A stretch of 58,855 bases of DNA, from positions 1 to 58,855 of the forward strand of contig CALRDW010000006.1 of NCBI GenBank assembly GCA_943355025.1. The letters run 5' to 3'. This document shows, in pieces, positions 1 to 7,954 of this stretch. A model generated the notes under the pieces. The model had not been told where the DNA came from and made no database searches. It saw only the letters and a list, made by a program, of their open reading frames with translations. The first letter of the stretch is position 1, and every line of letters begins with the position of its first letter. This DNA is from Candidatus Magasanikiibacteriota bacterium. Lineage in GTDB: Bacteria; Patescibacteriota; Patescibacteriia; Magasanikbacterales; 2-02-FULL-50-9b. The position numbers were made by a program, and so were the translations under genes.

Positions 1-611
1 GCATTATTGTATTCGTCCCATGCCCAGAGTGGTGTTGTAGTGTCGAGTTCTAAACTGCTTCCATCCCCAGCTAGAAGCTTGTTTTCTTTTTTATGCTTCT
101 TGATAAGCTCTCCTGTTTTAGAGCGGAGGGTGTCGAGGGAAGAACCGAATGGAACAATAAGAAGTCTGGTGAATCCTTGATCTATCTTTTGTTTGATGTT
201 AGGAATGGAGAGGAAGTGATGTGTAATAGCTTCTTTGGTTGGAACTTCGTAGAACTTGTTGTCGATTGCAACGAGACCGAGCTTTCCCTCTCTTGTTTCA
301 AGAAAGTTTATTTCTTGAAGAGATTTGATTTGAGAACTGTATCCTTTCTCTATGAGACGCTCGATGATTGGTTTAAAAGAGTCTCTGGAAAGAGCGTCTA
401 TCTTAGAACGAGCTTCTGCCGCCATGGCAAGGAGATCTTCTTTAGAAACTTCTTTCTGACGCTTTAAATTAGAATCCGAATTATCTCCGAGAATCTTTCT
501 ATATTTATGTACTCCCTCTGGTCCGAGGAGTTCTCTAACAATCTCTCTGTTCTTAAGAGGGTCTGTGTCTTTAAACTCTGGTAGTTGTTTTTGAAAAGGA
601 TTAGGAAGCAT
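1..611 (-). CDS. hypothetical protein, N-terminal ~203 codons (gene runs off the left edge)
   Basis: The reverse frame is open from the ATG at 611-609 to position 1 (MLPNPFQKQLPEFKDTDPLKNREIVRELLGPEG...). It is absent from the ORF track because it is truncated by the window edge. The listed + ORF 93..467 is its antisense shadow. A TATACT -10 box (623-618) lies 6 nt upstream of the ATG. No family recognised. AGA/CTT/TCT-rich codon usage differs from neighbouring genes. Confidence 0.6.
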   Translation of the reverse strand, partial: MLPNPFQKQLPEFKDTDPLKNREIVRELLGPEGVHKYRKILGDNSDSNLKRQKEVSKEDLLAMAAEARSKIDALSRDSFKPIIERLIEKGYSSQIKSLQEINFLETREGKLGLVAIDNKFYEVPTKEAITHHFLSIPNIKQKIDQGFTRLLIVPFGSSLDTLRSKTGELIKKHKKENKLLAGDGSSLELDTTTPLWAWDEYNN

Positions 612-642
612 GGGAGTAGTATAACACTTGAATGAACGTATA

Positions 643-719
643 CTCAAAAGTAAAAACTATTACTTCGACGGGAGTTCCTGTTTATCTCTCCCTGAGAAGT
701 AATGGTTTTTACTTTTGAG
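643..719. repeat. long hairpin: 24-nt arms (one G.U-type mismatch) around a 29-nt loop containing an inner GGGAG/CTCCC stem
   Basis: CTCAAAAGTAAAAACTATTACTTC (643-666) pairs with GAAGTAATGGTTTTTACTTTTGAG (696-719). It lies between the stop of the HD hydrolase gene and the promoter of the left-edge gene. Confidence 0.7.
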
Positions 720-785
720 TCTAAGTTGAATCACTGTATTGTATTACTTATAAACTTTGAAACCTTGTTGAAAATAAAAAAGCAC
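662..785. repeat. copy A of a ~125-bp dispersed repeat (copy B at 16622-16745)
   Basis: ACTTCGaCGGGAGTTCCTGTTTATCTCTCCCTGAGAAGTAATgGTTTTTACTTTTGAG is near-identical at both loci (offset 15960 nt). Roughly 75-80% identity continues for another ~65 nt. Confidence 0.75.
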
Positions 786-791
786 ATCGAG

Positions 792-1391
792 TTACCGACG
801 CGCCCGCGAATGTTCCGTAAGTTCCCGAAGAAGATGTTCCGCTCGCCACCGATCAACGACAGGCAGCCGCTTTATCAGTTGCCGAGCAATCGGCAAAATT
901 TCGCGCCGCGTCTCTTCGCGTTTCCGCTCAAAGCGCACAAGATCGCGAATGTTCGGATTGCGCATATTATGCAAGCGATCGCACAGCTTCATGAACTGTT
1001 CACGAATGCGCGCATAACGAAACCGGCGCAAATATGCATGCTCACCTGGCTTCTTTGACAAGAAAACCACACTCTGCGCAACTTCATTGCCAAACATCCG
1101 TTGAATCTCTAAAAAAATTTCATCCGGATTATCGCCATCTTCTATCGTATCGTGTAAAATAAGAATCAACACTCCTTGTATATCAGTAAATTCCAATTCA
1201 CCGATATAAATAAACGCGACCTCGACCGGATGTGTGACGTATGGCTTGCCATTTGCGCGCGTTTGTCTTGCATGCACCCGAGACGAATATTCAAATGCAC
1301 GCAGTGCATCTTCGATTTCTCTTTCAAGAAATCCACGGTGTCTAAGCGCCGCAACCAAGGAGGTGCGGCAGTCTTCAAGGATCGTTTCCAT
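792..1391 (-). CDS. HD-domain (p)ppGpp hydrolase-like protein (RelA/SpoT hydrolase domain only; small alarmone hydrolase type)
   Basis: 199 aa. HPVEVA...LHDTIED HD signature and ~200-aa length with no synthetase domain. Confidence 0.75.
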   Translation of the reverse strand: METILEDCRTSLVAALRHRGFLEREIEDALRAFEYSSRVHARQTRANGKPYVTHPVEVAFIYIGELEFTDIQGVLILILHDTIEDGDNPDEIFLEIQRMFGNEVAQSVVFLSKKPGEHAYLRRFRYARIREQFMKLCDRLHNMRNPNIRDLVRFERKREETRREILPIARQLIKRLPVVDRWRAEHLLRELTEHSRARR

Positions 1392-1513
1392 GATCCCTCC
1401 TGCCGCGTCAGTAGTAACGCGTGCGCAAAATGTAGCATAAATGAGCGCAATTGTCCAGGGGCCGCGCCCTACGGCATGAAACCAAGCATGTCTACGTAGC
1501 GTATACTATATAT

Positions 1514-2251
1514 ATGTCTGTCCGTAAAATTATTCGCGTCTTTGCTGCCACAGGAATGTTATTTCTCTCAACATTCCCAACAATATCTGCATTTGCAGCA
1601 GGAACACCGATTCACGTCGCAATTTGCGCTGAATGTAAATCAAAAGCTGAGGGTGCTGATAAAACAAAGGCCGCAACTGCAGCGCAGTGGTCCGGTCTTA
1701 TTATTGGCATCAATGATGGTGCACGCATGTTTGTTATAACTGAAGCGCCGCAGCTGAACCACATCAAAAATTACGCACAGCGGAGCGTGCATGTCAGTGA
1801 TGCAACAATTATTCGCAATAATGGAGACGAAATTGAATTTTCAAGTCTGCCGATTGGGCAAAAAGCATCCGTGCGTGGAACGTATGATTCTAAAAAAAGA
1901 ACTATTTACGCAACCGAAATTGATCTTGGAAAAATTATTGCAACAGTACCAACGATAAGTGTTCCCACCGCATCTCTGCCTGACGCGACGGTTCCCGTCG
2001 CTGTAGCGCCACGAGTAATCACTCCAGCGCCAACATTCCCGCGCAATTTAAAAATTGGTTCGCGGGGCGACGATGTTGTCGCGCTTCAAAAAATATTAAC
2101 TGTACAGGGCTACTTAAAATTCCCACACGGAACAGCGCTCGGGTATTTTGGGTCCACAACCTCACAGGCACTCAAACTTTACCAGAAAAAATTGAGGCTC
2201 CCGCCAAGCGGTATTTTCGGACCAATGACACGTGCTAAGCTACAACAATGA
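1514..2251 (+). CDS. secreted protein with C-terminal peptidoglycan-binding domain
   Basis: Start moved to the internal ATG (MSVRKIIRVFAATGMLFLSTFPTISAFA signal peptide), which follows TATACT (1502-1507) by 6 nt. The C-terminus GSRGDDVVALQKILTVQGYL...GYFGSTTSQALKLYQ resembles a PG_binding_1 repeat. Confidence 0.7.
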   Translation: MSVRKIIRVFAATGMLFLSTFPTISAFAAGTPIHVAICAECKSKAEGADKTKAATAAQWSGLIIGINDGARMFVITEAPQLNHIKNYAQRSVHVSDATIIRNNGDEIEFSSLPIGQKASVRGTYDSKKRTIYATEIDLGKIIATVPTISVPTASLPDATVPVAVAPRVITPAPTFPRNLKIGSRGDDVVALQKILTVQGYLKFPHGTALGYFGSTTSQALKLYQKKLRLPPSGIFGPMTRAKLQQ

Positions 2252-2818
2252 TTACGAGTTGTCGCGTTCAACGTACAATCCTGTGTCAGTATTAATGATC
2301 ACACGATCTCCTATTTTGATAAAAATCGGTGCCATCGCCTTGAGACCATTTTCGAAAATAATTTCTTTCTGAACATTTCCAGACGCAGTGTCGCCCTTAA
2401 CTGCGGGTGGCGCCTCTGCTACTTTATATGAAATTTTGCGCGGCAGCTGGAGTGCAACCGGCCGCTCGTCGTACATGCACATCACAACTTCGAGACCATC
2501 TTTTAAATACTTTGCATCCTCACCAACTGTGTCAGCGTCGAGCTGCACCTGTTCGTACGTTCCGTTGTCCATGAAATTATAAAACGATCCATCGCTAAAC
2601 AAATATTGCATGTTTGTATATTGTACTTCTACAATATCAACAACTTCATTATCTTTTAAGGTTTCTTCGATGACTTTCCCTGTTGTCAACGATTTAATTT
2701 TGCTGCGAGTAAACGGTGTGCCCTTGCCCGGCGTAATGTGCTGCGAAAGGGTAACAACAAACAGGTCGCCATTGCGTTTAATCACGGAGCCTTTTTTAAT
2801 ATCTGTTACTGATGCCAT
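2252..2818 (-). CDS. efp: elongation factor P
   Basis: 188 aa, colinear with the EF-P family. PGKG loop with Lys32; KVAEAPPAVKGDTASG motif. Confidence 0.95.
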   Translation of the reverse strand: MASVTDIKKGSVIKRNGDLFVVTLSQHITPGKGTPFTRSKIKSLTTGKVIEETLKDNEVVDIVEVQYTNMQYLFSDGSFYNFMDNGTYEQVQLDADTVGEDAKYLKDGLEVVMCMYDERPVALQLPRKISYKVAEAPPAVKGDTASGNVQKEIIFENGLKAMAPIFIKIGDRVIINTDTGLYVERDNS

Positions 2819-2844
2819 ATCATTGAATATTTGCCCCTACCCGA

Positions 2845-3825
2845 TTAGTCAGCGAATTGATCTTTACACGGCCAAAATAGTACCTCATTTATATCCGGGG
2901 CGTCAAGCAGGAGCATCAAAAGCCGATCAACGCCAAGCGAAATTCCAGCCGCAATTTTGATGTGTGGAAGTTCGCGTAAAAACTCTTCGTCGAGCGGTGT
3001 TACGGTCTTCGAGAGCCCTGCGCGCTCGAGCTGTTCTGCCTGGAAACGCGCGCGTTGCTCCGCTGCATCGGTGAGTTCTGAAAATGCATTTGTTAATTCA
3101 ATGCCTACAATATAACATTCGAATCGTTCTGCAACACGCGGATTCGATTCTTTCTTTTTTGCGAGTGCGGCCATCGATGCTGGATATTCAATAAGAAAAA
3201 TAGGATGATCAAGCTCGCGAAATTTAGGCTCGACCTCATTAAGAAAAACTTTAAAAAATTCTGATGGATCTTTTTCTGCAAGTTCAATTGCATCCGTCCG
3301 ATTTGCAAATTGTTTGAACGCATCTTCGACCGTCATGCGTGGCCACGGAGTTTGAAGATTGATTGTACGATTTTGAAATACTAATTGCTGCGGCGCCAAT
3401 TTGCATAGAAGGTTCTCAACATCGGTCATCAACGTTTCATAGTTCGCACCCAATCGATACCACTCAATCATTGTAAATTCAGGATTGTGCGTGCCGCCAA
3501 AATCTTCGTTGTTTCTAAAAACTTTTCCGAGTTGAAAAATATTTGCAAATTCTGGAGCTTCGCCAAGCGCCGACTTTGCTAATAATTTTTTCATCGCATA
3601 CTCTGGACTTGTAATTAAATAGCCGGGATATGAGTGGCCGCTCGCGTCTTCAACGCGCGTTTCAAACGGATCCAAAAATGGCTCCTGTCCTGGTTTCGCG
3701 ACAAGCAGCGGCGTATCAACTTCAACAAATCCCCATGACCAAAATAATTCGCGGATTGCGCGAAGAATGTGTGTCCGCTTTTGTAGCATGTGCCAATGCA
3801 TAGTGTCCACGAGCATAGCATACAC
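2845..3825 (-). CDS. epmA: EF-P lysine-34 lysyltransferase (GenX/PoxA-type truncated class II LysRS paralog)
   Basis: ~326 aa class II aaRS catalytic core without an anticodon-binding domain (FVEVDTPLL..., GISLGVDRLLMLL), directly upstream of efp on the same strand. The true start may be an internal Met. Confidence 0.85.
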   Translation of the reverse strand: MYAMLVDTMHWHMLQKRTHILRAIRELFWSWGFVEVDTPLLVAKPGQEPFLDPFETRVEDASGHSYPGYLITSPEYAMKKLLAKSALGEAPEFANIFQLGKVFRNNEDFGGTHNPEFTMIEWYRLGANYETLMTDVENLLCKLAPQQLVFQNRTINLQTPWPRMTVEDAFKQFANRTDAIELAEKDPSEFFKVFLNEVEPKFRELDHPIFLIEYPASMAALAKKKESNPRVAERFECYIVGIELTNAFSELTDAAEQRARFQAEQLERAGLSKTVTPLDEEFLRELPHIKIAAGISLGVDRLLMLLLDAPDINEVLFWPCKDQFAD

Positions 3826-3876
3826 TTAAACAAATGTCACGGTGGTGATATACTGAAAGCACTCAAGCTCTTTCGT

Positions 3877-4581
3877 ATGCAATTGGATGTACAGGATTTC
3901 TTTCGATTCATTTTTACACTCGTTTTTTCGTTCACGATTACGGCGATTTCGCCTATCATAGGATTAAACAGTCCAAATATTTTTTTGCCAGTCGCACTCG
4001 TGTTTTCATTTCTCATTAGTTTTTTTATCAATCGAGCGCTCGACCGAAAAAAAATTATATCTTCAGCAGTTTCTGTTGAGATCTCTCGTCTTCGTCGCAT
4101 TCATCACTTATCAGATTTAATCGGAGATACAATTTGGCGCGAATCAATTCAATTCGCAATAAGACACTATCAAAAAGAACTTGGCGCTGATTTTTTAAAT
4201 TATCATCTCAAAACAAAATATTTTCGTGAATTTAGTCGATTGATTTATTCCTACGATCCTCGAAATGCACGCGAACAAATTTTATTTAATGAGTTGCTCG
4301 TGACAATGCGCGAGATTGCGCTCGAGAGGCAGCTTATTGGTGTATATATTACGCAGCGCTTGCCTCAGTATAGTTGGCTCGTCATTTGTTCGGTCGCGTT
4401 TTTTCTTATCGCTCTTCTTATCATGGTCAAAGACACGACGCTCGTCACGCAAATTGGAATTAGTTTTGGTGTTGCGAGTATTTTATTTATTCTTGATCTT
4501 CTCAAACACACAGATCGAATTTCAAAAACCGAACGACGCACATTTCAAAACTGGTACAAAGAAAATATTTCTCACTTGTAA
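3877..4581 (+). CDS. hypothetical multi-pass membrane protein
   Basis: ORF 3790..4581 trimmed to the ATG after a GATATACT -10 box. Several hydrophobic helices. No family recognised. Confidence 0.55.
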   Translation: MQLDVQDFFRFIFTLVFSFTITAISPIIGLNSPNIFLPVALVFSFLISFFINRALDRKKIISSAVSVEISRLRRIHHLSDLIGDTIWRESIQFAIRHYQKELGADFLNYHLKTKYFREFSRLIYSYDPRNAREQILFNELLVTMREIALERQLIGVYITQRLPQYSWLVICSVAFFLIALLIMVKDTTLVTQIGISFGVASILFILDLLKHTDRISKTERRTFQNWYKENISHL

Positions 4582-4636
4582 TAAAAAACGCCGAGAACTC
4601 TCCTGCATTTATCACACAGAAACTTCGCCGGCATTT

Positions 4637-4951
4637 CTAGTTAAAGGGCTGCTTTTGCTCCAGTGCAAAAGAGATGTCGTCGAGACTTTTTTGAAAAAAA
4701 AGTCCACCGGCGTTCGTGGTTTCAAATTTGTGCTGAAAAGTAAGAAGCTTGGCCAGCGACATACCAGCATACGTCGCCAGCCATTCATTCCTTGCTTTTT
4801 CAAGCACAATTGTAAGTTCGACATTCTTTTTATGTTGCTCAGCAACCATGGCGCGCATTTTATTGACCTGCTCTTTTTGCTTAGATACCAGCAAAATATA
4901 CAATGCAGAAAAAGTTGCAATAACCAGCAATAAAACCACAAATATGTACAC
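4637..4951 (-). CDS. small N-terminally membrane-anchored hypothetical protein
   Basis: 104 aa with an MYIFVVLLLVIATFSALYILLV anchor. GGAGGG Shine-Dalgarno site upstream. Promoter at 5045-5017. Confidence 0.5.
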   Translation of the reverse strand: MYIFVVLLLVIATFSALYILLVSKQKEQVNKMRAMVAEQHKKNVELTIVLEKARNEWLATYAGMSLAKLLTFQHKFETTNAGGLFFQKSLDDISFALEQKQPFN

Positions 4952-5016
4952 TGGGCCCTCCGTTAATCCTGTTCACAGTTCTTTGACAACACATATTTTG
5001 TGTGTCGATGAGAGCA

Positions 5017-5052
5017 ATTTTATCACATCAGCTATCATTTGTCAATGATAGC
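5017..5052 (-). promoter_or_regulatory. sigma70-type promoter (TTGACA-17-TAAAAT) overlapped by a perfect 9-4-9 palindrome
   Basis: On the minus strand, the -35 is at 5045-5040 and the -10 at 5022-5017. The palindrome GCTATCATT-TGTC-AATGATAGC (5031-5052) covers the -35. Confidence 0.5.
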
Positions 5053-5119
5053 ATTAGCACGTGATCCATTTTTAATCGTTAGATAAAGCCAAAAATACAC
5101 CCGTTTGTTAATTCAAACA

Positions 5120-5148
5120 TTGACAAAATCTGCCTAAGGTGCTATTCT
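5120..5148 (+). promoter_or_regulatory. sigma70-type promoter TTGACA-17-TATTCT
   Basis: TTGACA at 5120-5125, a 17-nt spacer, TATTCT at 5143-5148. No annotated gene follows for >100 nt. Confidence 0.5.
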
Positions 5149-5264
5149 ATGCTCACTGTTTCTTGGATCTGCGCGATTCATGATGCAGGCATCAGCGGTA
5201 TACACCGGTCGACAAACGTCGCGCGCACGTATACTGCCCCAACCTCTCCCCTTTGGGAGGCAAA

Positions 5265-5432
5265 ATGGTCATTTACTGGCACAAAGCCCGCACACCCATT
5301 ACCTTCCAATTCCAAGGAGAGGATTTGAAGGAGGCGCCCCATGGGCATGACATGATAACATCCGCACGGATGAGAAAAAGATTGGCGATTTCCAGAATTT
5401 CCGCGGTCACATCGGCTACGGAGTCTAGTTAA
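5265..5432 (+). CDS. possible 55-aa small protein (alternatively part of a ~350-nt ncRNA)
   Basis: GGGAGG-caaa-ATG start; MVIYWHKARTPITFQFQGEDLKEAPHGHDMITSARMRKRLAISRISAVTSATESS. Below the ORF-track length cut-off. It lies between the promoter at 5120 and the terminator at 5471. The Shine-Dalgarno site can pair with the upstream CCTCTCCC. Confidence 0.3.
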   Translation: MVIYWHKARTPITFQFQGEDLKEAPHGHDMITSARMRKRLAISRISAVTSATESS

Positions 5433-5470
5433 CCGCCGCCACAACGGACCGAGAGTTTCGAAAACAACGT

Positions 5471-5516
5471 GTTCCCGAGAGTATGCATCGTGTATGCTTA
5501 CTCTCGGGAACCGTTT
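5471..5516. terminator. bidirectional intrinsic terminator
   Basis: GTTCCCGAGAGTA...TACTCTCGGGAAC hairpin with T-rich flanks on both strands, shared by the plus-strand unit and the convergent TrmB-like gene. Confidence 0.65.
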
Positions 5517-6266
5517 TCATTTCTGGGAATGCTTTTCAAATAATGCATCAAATAGCGCACGAACCGTGTCTGCGATATCTTGATTCTCGATCAAAATCGC
5601 AATTTGTTTCCCGCGCAACGTCGAAAGCGCAACTTTATTTCCGTACACAACCAGGTCTCCATAAAATTTATGCTTTTCTGAACCAAGTCTGTGAAACAGC
5701 GATTCCGGATCCGGTGAAATCAAACTTTCATCAGATAGAATACCCACACCACGGGCTTGTGGTTTGTGTTTTGCAAGCTCTATAAAAAACTTTTTCCGTG
5801 CCTCATCAACAGGATATAATGCACGAAGCACATCAAAATTTGCGCATTCATCAATTTTTTTAGGCTTGCTTTCAAGTAAATCCTCTTGAATTACCCGGAG
5901 TGCCTCCTCCCCTTCATACATTTTTACAACCGGTTTTTCGCCACGTTGCAATAATTTTAATTCCCCAACATCCTCTTTGATTTGCTTAAGCGTATTTTCC
6001 ATCTTATGCACCTGTCCCGCAATAAATGATTCGAGCCGTTCAGGAGATTCGGCATGATACAAAATAAATTTGCCCTTTGTGAGCGAGCCCATGAGTCCAC
6101 GCTGTGTCAGAGATTCAATCGAAGCATACGTTGTTACACGAGAAAACTTCGATTTGATTGCGAGCTCATTTGCCGATGCTGGTCCGAGCTCAAGAGACGT
6201 CAAGTAAATAATCGCTTCACTATCATTAAACCCAAGTGACTTCAAAATTTTTCTCCAATCGTGCAT
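5517..6266 (-). CDS. TrmB-family-like transcriptional regulator
   Basis: 249 aa. The N-terminal winged-HTH pattern (GFNDSEAIIYLTSLELGPASANELAIKSKFSRVTTYASIESLTQRGL) is typical of TrmB-type regulators. Confidence 0.7.
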   Translation of the reverse strand: MHDWRKILKSLGFNDSEAIIYLTSLELGPASANELAIKSKFSRVTTYASIESLTQRGLMGSLTKGKFILYHAESPERLESFIAGQVHKMENTLKQIKEDVGELKLLQRGEKPVVKMYEGEEALRVIQEDLLESKPKKIDECANFDVLRALYPVDEARKKFFIELAKHKPQARGVGILSDESLISPDPESLFHRLGSEKHKFYGDLVVYGNKVALSTLRGKQIAILIENQDIADTVRALFDALFEKHSQK

Positions 6267-6370
6267 ACAGTTTATAATTGCTTTGAATTGTAGGTTGTTT
6301 TTCGGTTTCCGTCAAAAATAATTGTCTAAACCAGAAATGCTTAGTATAGTGTGCGTATATTTTTTATTTT

Positions 6371-7129
6371 ATGAATATTCGTTTCTCAGGTGTTGCAACT
6401 ATCGTGGCAACGCTTATTTTCCTCGGAGCAGGTTGCACAGCAGCAAAAGATACTGTCAATCAACATCTTTCAGCGGTTCATTCAGGTAATCTTGAACAAG
6501 CCTACACTTTTGTCGCAAAGGGCGCACAATCAACATTGTCGCTCGCAACATTTAAAAAACTCGTTGAAGATAATCCAACACTCAAAAATTATAGCGGTAG
6601 CTCATTCAACAGTATTTCAACAGAAAATGATACCGCAACAGTCAAAGGCTCCCTTAAGGGAACGGATGGCAGCTCAGCAACCGCCGAGTATCGACTCATA
6701 GAAGAAGGTTCTGTGTGGAAAATTTCTGATATTTTAATTAATGGGCAAGAACCAAAAATAGCACCGGATCCGAACGCAGTGCTTATAGTGACAGGGCTTA
6801 ATCCTTTTACAAAACCGGAAGGCCTGCTAGTACAAGAAAATGGTGATGTTGTGGCACCAAGCTCGAAAATAGAAACGATCGGTTGGACAATATTTTTCAA
6901 CAGACCACTCAAAATAGGAGACACCATGAACTTTGAGGTAAGCAAAGCTGGAGTTACAGAAAATATTGATACCCAAAGAGTTGTAATTGAAAAAGACGAT
7001 GAATCAATTGGTGATTCATCGTTCGATATCTCATATAACATCACCAAAAAAGGAGCGGCTGCCTTCACAATGACTGCTTACACCACACCTGATGAGCAAC
7101 AAGTGCAGACAACTATACAGCTCAAATAA
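6371..7129 (+). CDS. hypothetical lipoprotein
   Basis: Signal peptide with lipobox (FLGAGC). 252 aa. No catalytic motif recognised. Confidence 0.65.
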   Translation: MNIRFSGVATIVATLIFLGAGCTAAKDTVNQHLSAVHSGNLEQAYTFVAKGAQSTLSLATFKKLVEDNPTLKNYSGSSFNSISTENDTATVKGSLKGTDGSSATAEYRLIEEGSVWKISDILINGQEPKIAPDPNAVLIVTGLNPFTKPEGLLVQENGDVVAPSSKIETIGWTIFFNRPLKIGDTMNFEVSKAGVTENIDTQRVVIEKDDESIGDSSFDISYNITKKGAAAFTMTAYTTPDEQQVQTTIQLK

Positions 7130-7131
7130 AC

Positions 7132-7171
7132 AAAAACACCCCGGCGCACGCGAGAGCGCTGGGGTGTTTTT
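7132..7171. terminator. bidirectional intrinsic terminator
   Basis: AAAAACACCCCGGCGC...GCGCTGGGGTGTTTTT lies between convergent genes. Confidence 0.7.
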
Positions 7172-7196
7172 GTCGCCCACCTTTTCTTATATTCTG

Positions 7197-7460
7197 TTAC
7201 TCTGCAACGTATGGCAACAGCGACAATTCACGTGACACTTTAATCGCACGTGCAACTTTGCGCTGATGTGCCGCACACAAACCTGTACGACGACGTGGTG
7301 CAATCTTCATAAATGAAGAAATAAACCGGCGAAGTGTCATTGTATCACGCGCTGAAACATCCTGAATGTTCTGCACGCAGAAGTAACACATCTTTGATTT
7401 CTTTTCTGCCATTGGCTTTATAGCCTGGCGAGCGTCTTTGCCTTTTCCTTTTGGTTTCAT
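7197..7460 (-). CDS. rpsR: 30S ribosomal protein S18
   Basis: CYFC...LRRFIS...IAPRRRTGLCAAHQRKVARAIKVSRELSLLPY is the canonical S18 core. Confidence 0.95.
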   Translation of the reverse strand: MKPKGKGKDARQAIKPMAEKKSKMCYFCVQNIQDVSARDTMTLRRFISSFMKIAPRRRTGLCAAHQRKVARAIKVSRELSLLPYVAE

Positions 7461-7463
7461 ATC

Positions 7464-7937
7464 TTAAAATGGAATGTCTTCAATTTTGATTTCATCGTCT
7501 GCGTTTTGAATTGGAACTGCGATAGGTTCTTCAGCTGCGCCACCGTTTTGACCTGCTCCGCCACCAGACATGCGTTGTCCACCGCTCATACCACCAGCGC
7601 TTGGTGCACCTGCTCGGTCGAGTAAGATAACATTTTCCGCAATAATTTCTGTACGTGTGCGCTTTTGACCATCTGTTCCTGTCCAATCTCGTGTCTGTAA
7701 ACGGCCTTCTGCATAAACCTTACGTCCTTTTGCGAGAAACTGCCCACAAATTTCTGCGAGTTTGCCCCACGCCACAATGTTATGATATTCTGGCTTCTCA
7801 ACTTTCTGTCCGTTCGCATCTTTGTACGAATACGTTGTCGCGATCGAGAATGAACACACATTCTGGCCGTTTGGCGTTGCACGTGATTCTGGATCACGCG
7901 TAAGATTTCCGATGATCTGAGCTCGATTAAGATTCAT
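7464..7937 (-). CDS. ssb: single-stranded DNA-binding protein
   Basis: OB-fold N-terminus (MNLNRAQIIGNLTRDPE), Gly-rich linker, acidic tip ending DDEIKIEDIPF. Sits between rpsF and rpsR as in many bacteria. Confidence 0.95.
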   Translation of the reverse strand: MNLNRAQIIGNLTRDPESRATPNGQNVCSFSIATTYSYKDANGQKVEKPEYHNIVAWGKLAEICGQFLAKGRKVYAEGRLQTRDWTGTDGQKRTRTEIIAENVILLDRAGAPSAGGMSGGQRMSGGGAGQNGGAAEEPIAVPIQNADDEIKIEDIPF

Positions 7938-7954
7938 ACCCCTCTAAAATATGA

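Noticed and set aside
93-467. 124-aa plus-strand ORF at the left end.
   Set aside because: It is antisense to a longer open reverse frame that has a proper ATG and a -10 box and extends to the window edge.
667-719. Hammerhead-like CUGAGAAG sequence in the hairpin loop and right arm.
   Set aside because: The required GAAA core and a stem III/cleavage-site arrangement are absent after the putative stem II.
5178-5444. 88-aa minus-strand ORF in the 5.1-5.5 kb unit.
   Set aside because: TTG start, Arg/Cys-rich, and antisense to a promoter/terminator-defined plus-strand unit. Not credible as a gene.
5150-5470. Identity of the 5.1-5.5 kb and 17.0-17.4 kb RNA candidates as RNase P RNA, tmRNA, SRP RNA or 6S RNA.
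   Set aside because: I could not find the diagnostic elements on either strand: the GAGGAAAGUCC/ACAGAACCCGGCUUA P4 strands, a tRNA-like GGUUCGA T-arm with an ACCA end and tag ORF, or an SRP domain IV GGAA/AGCA motif.
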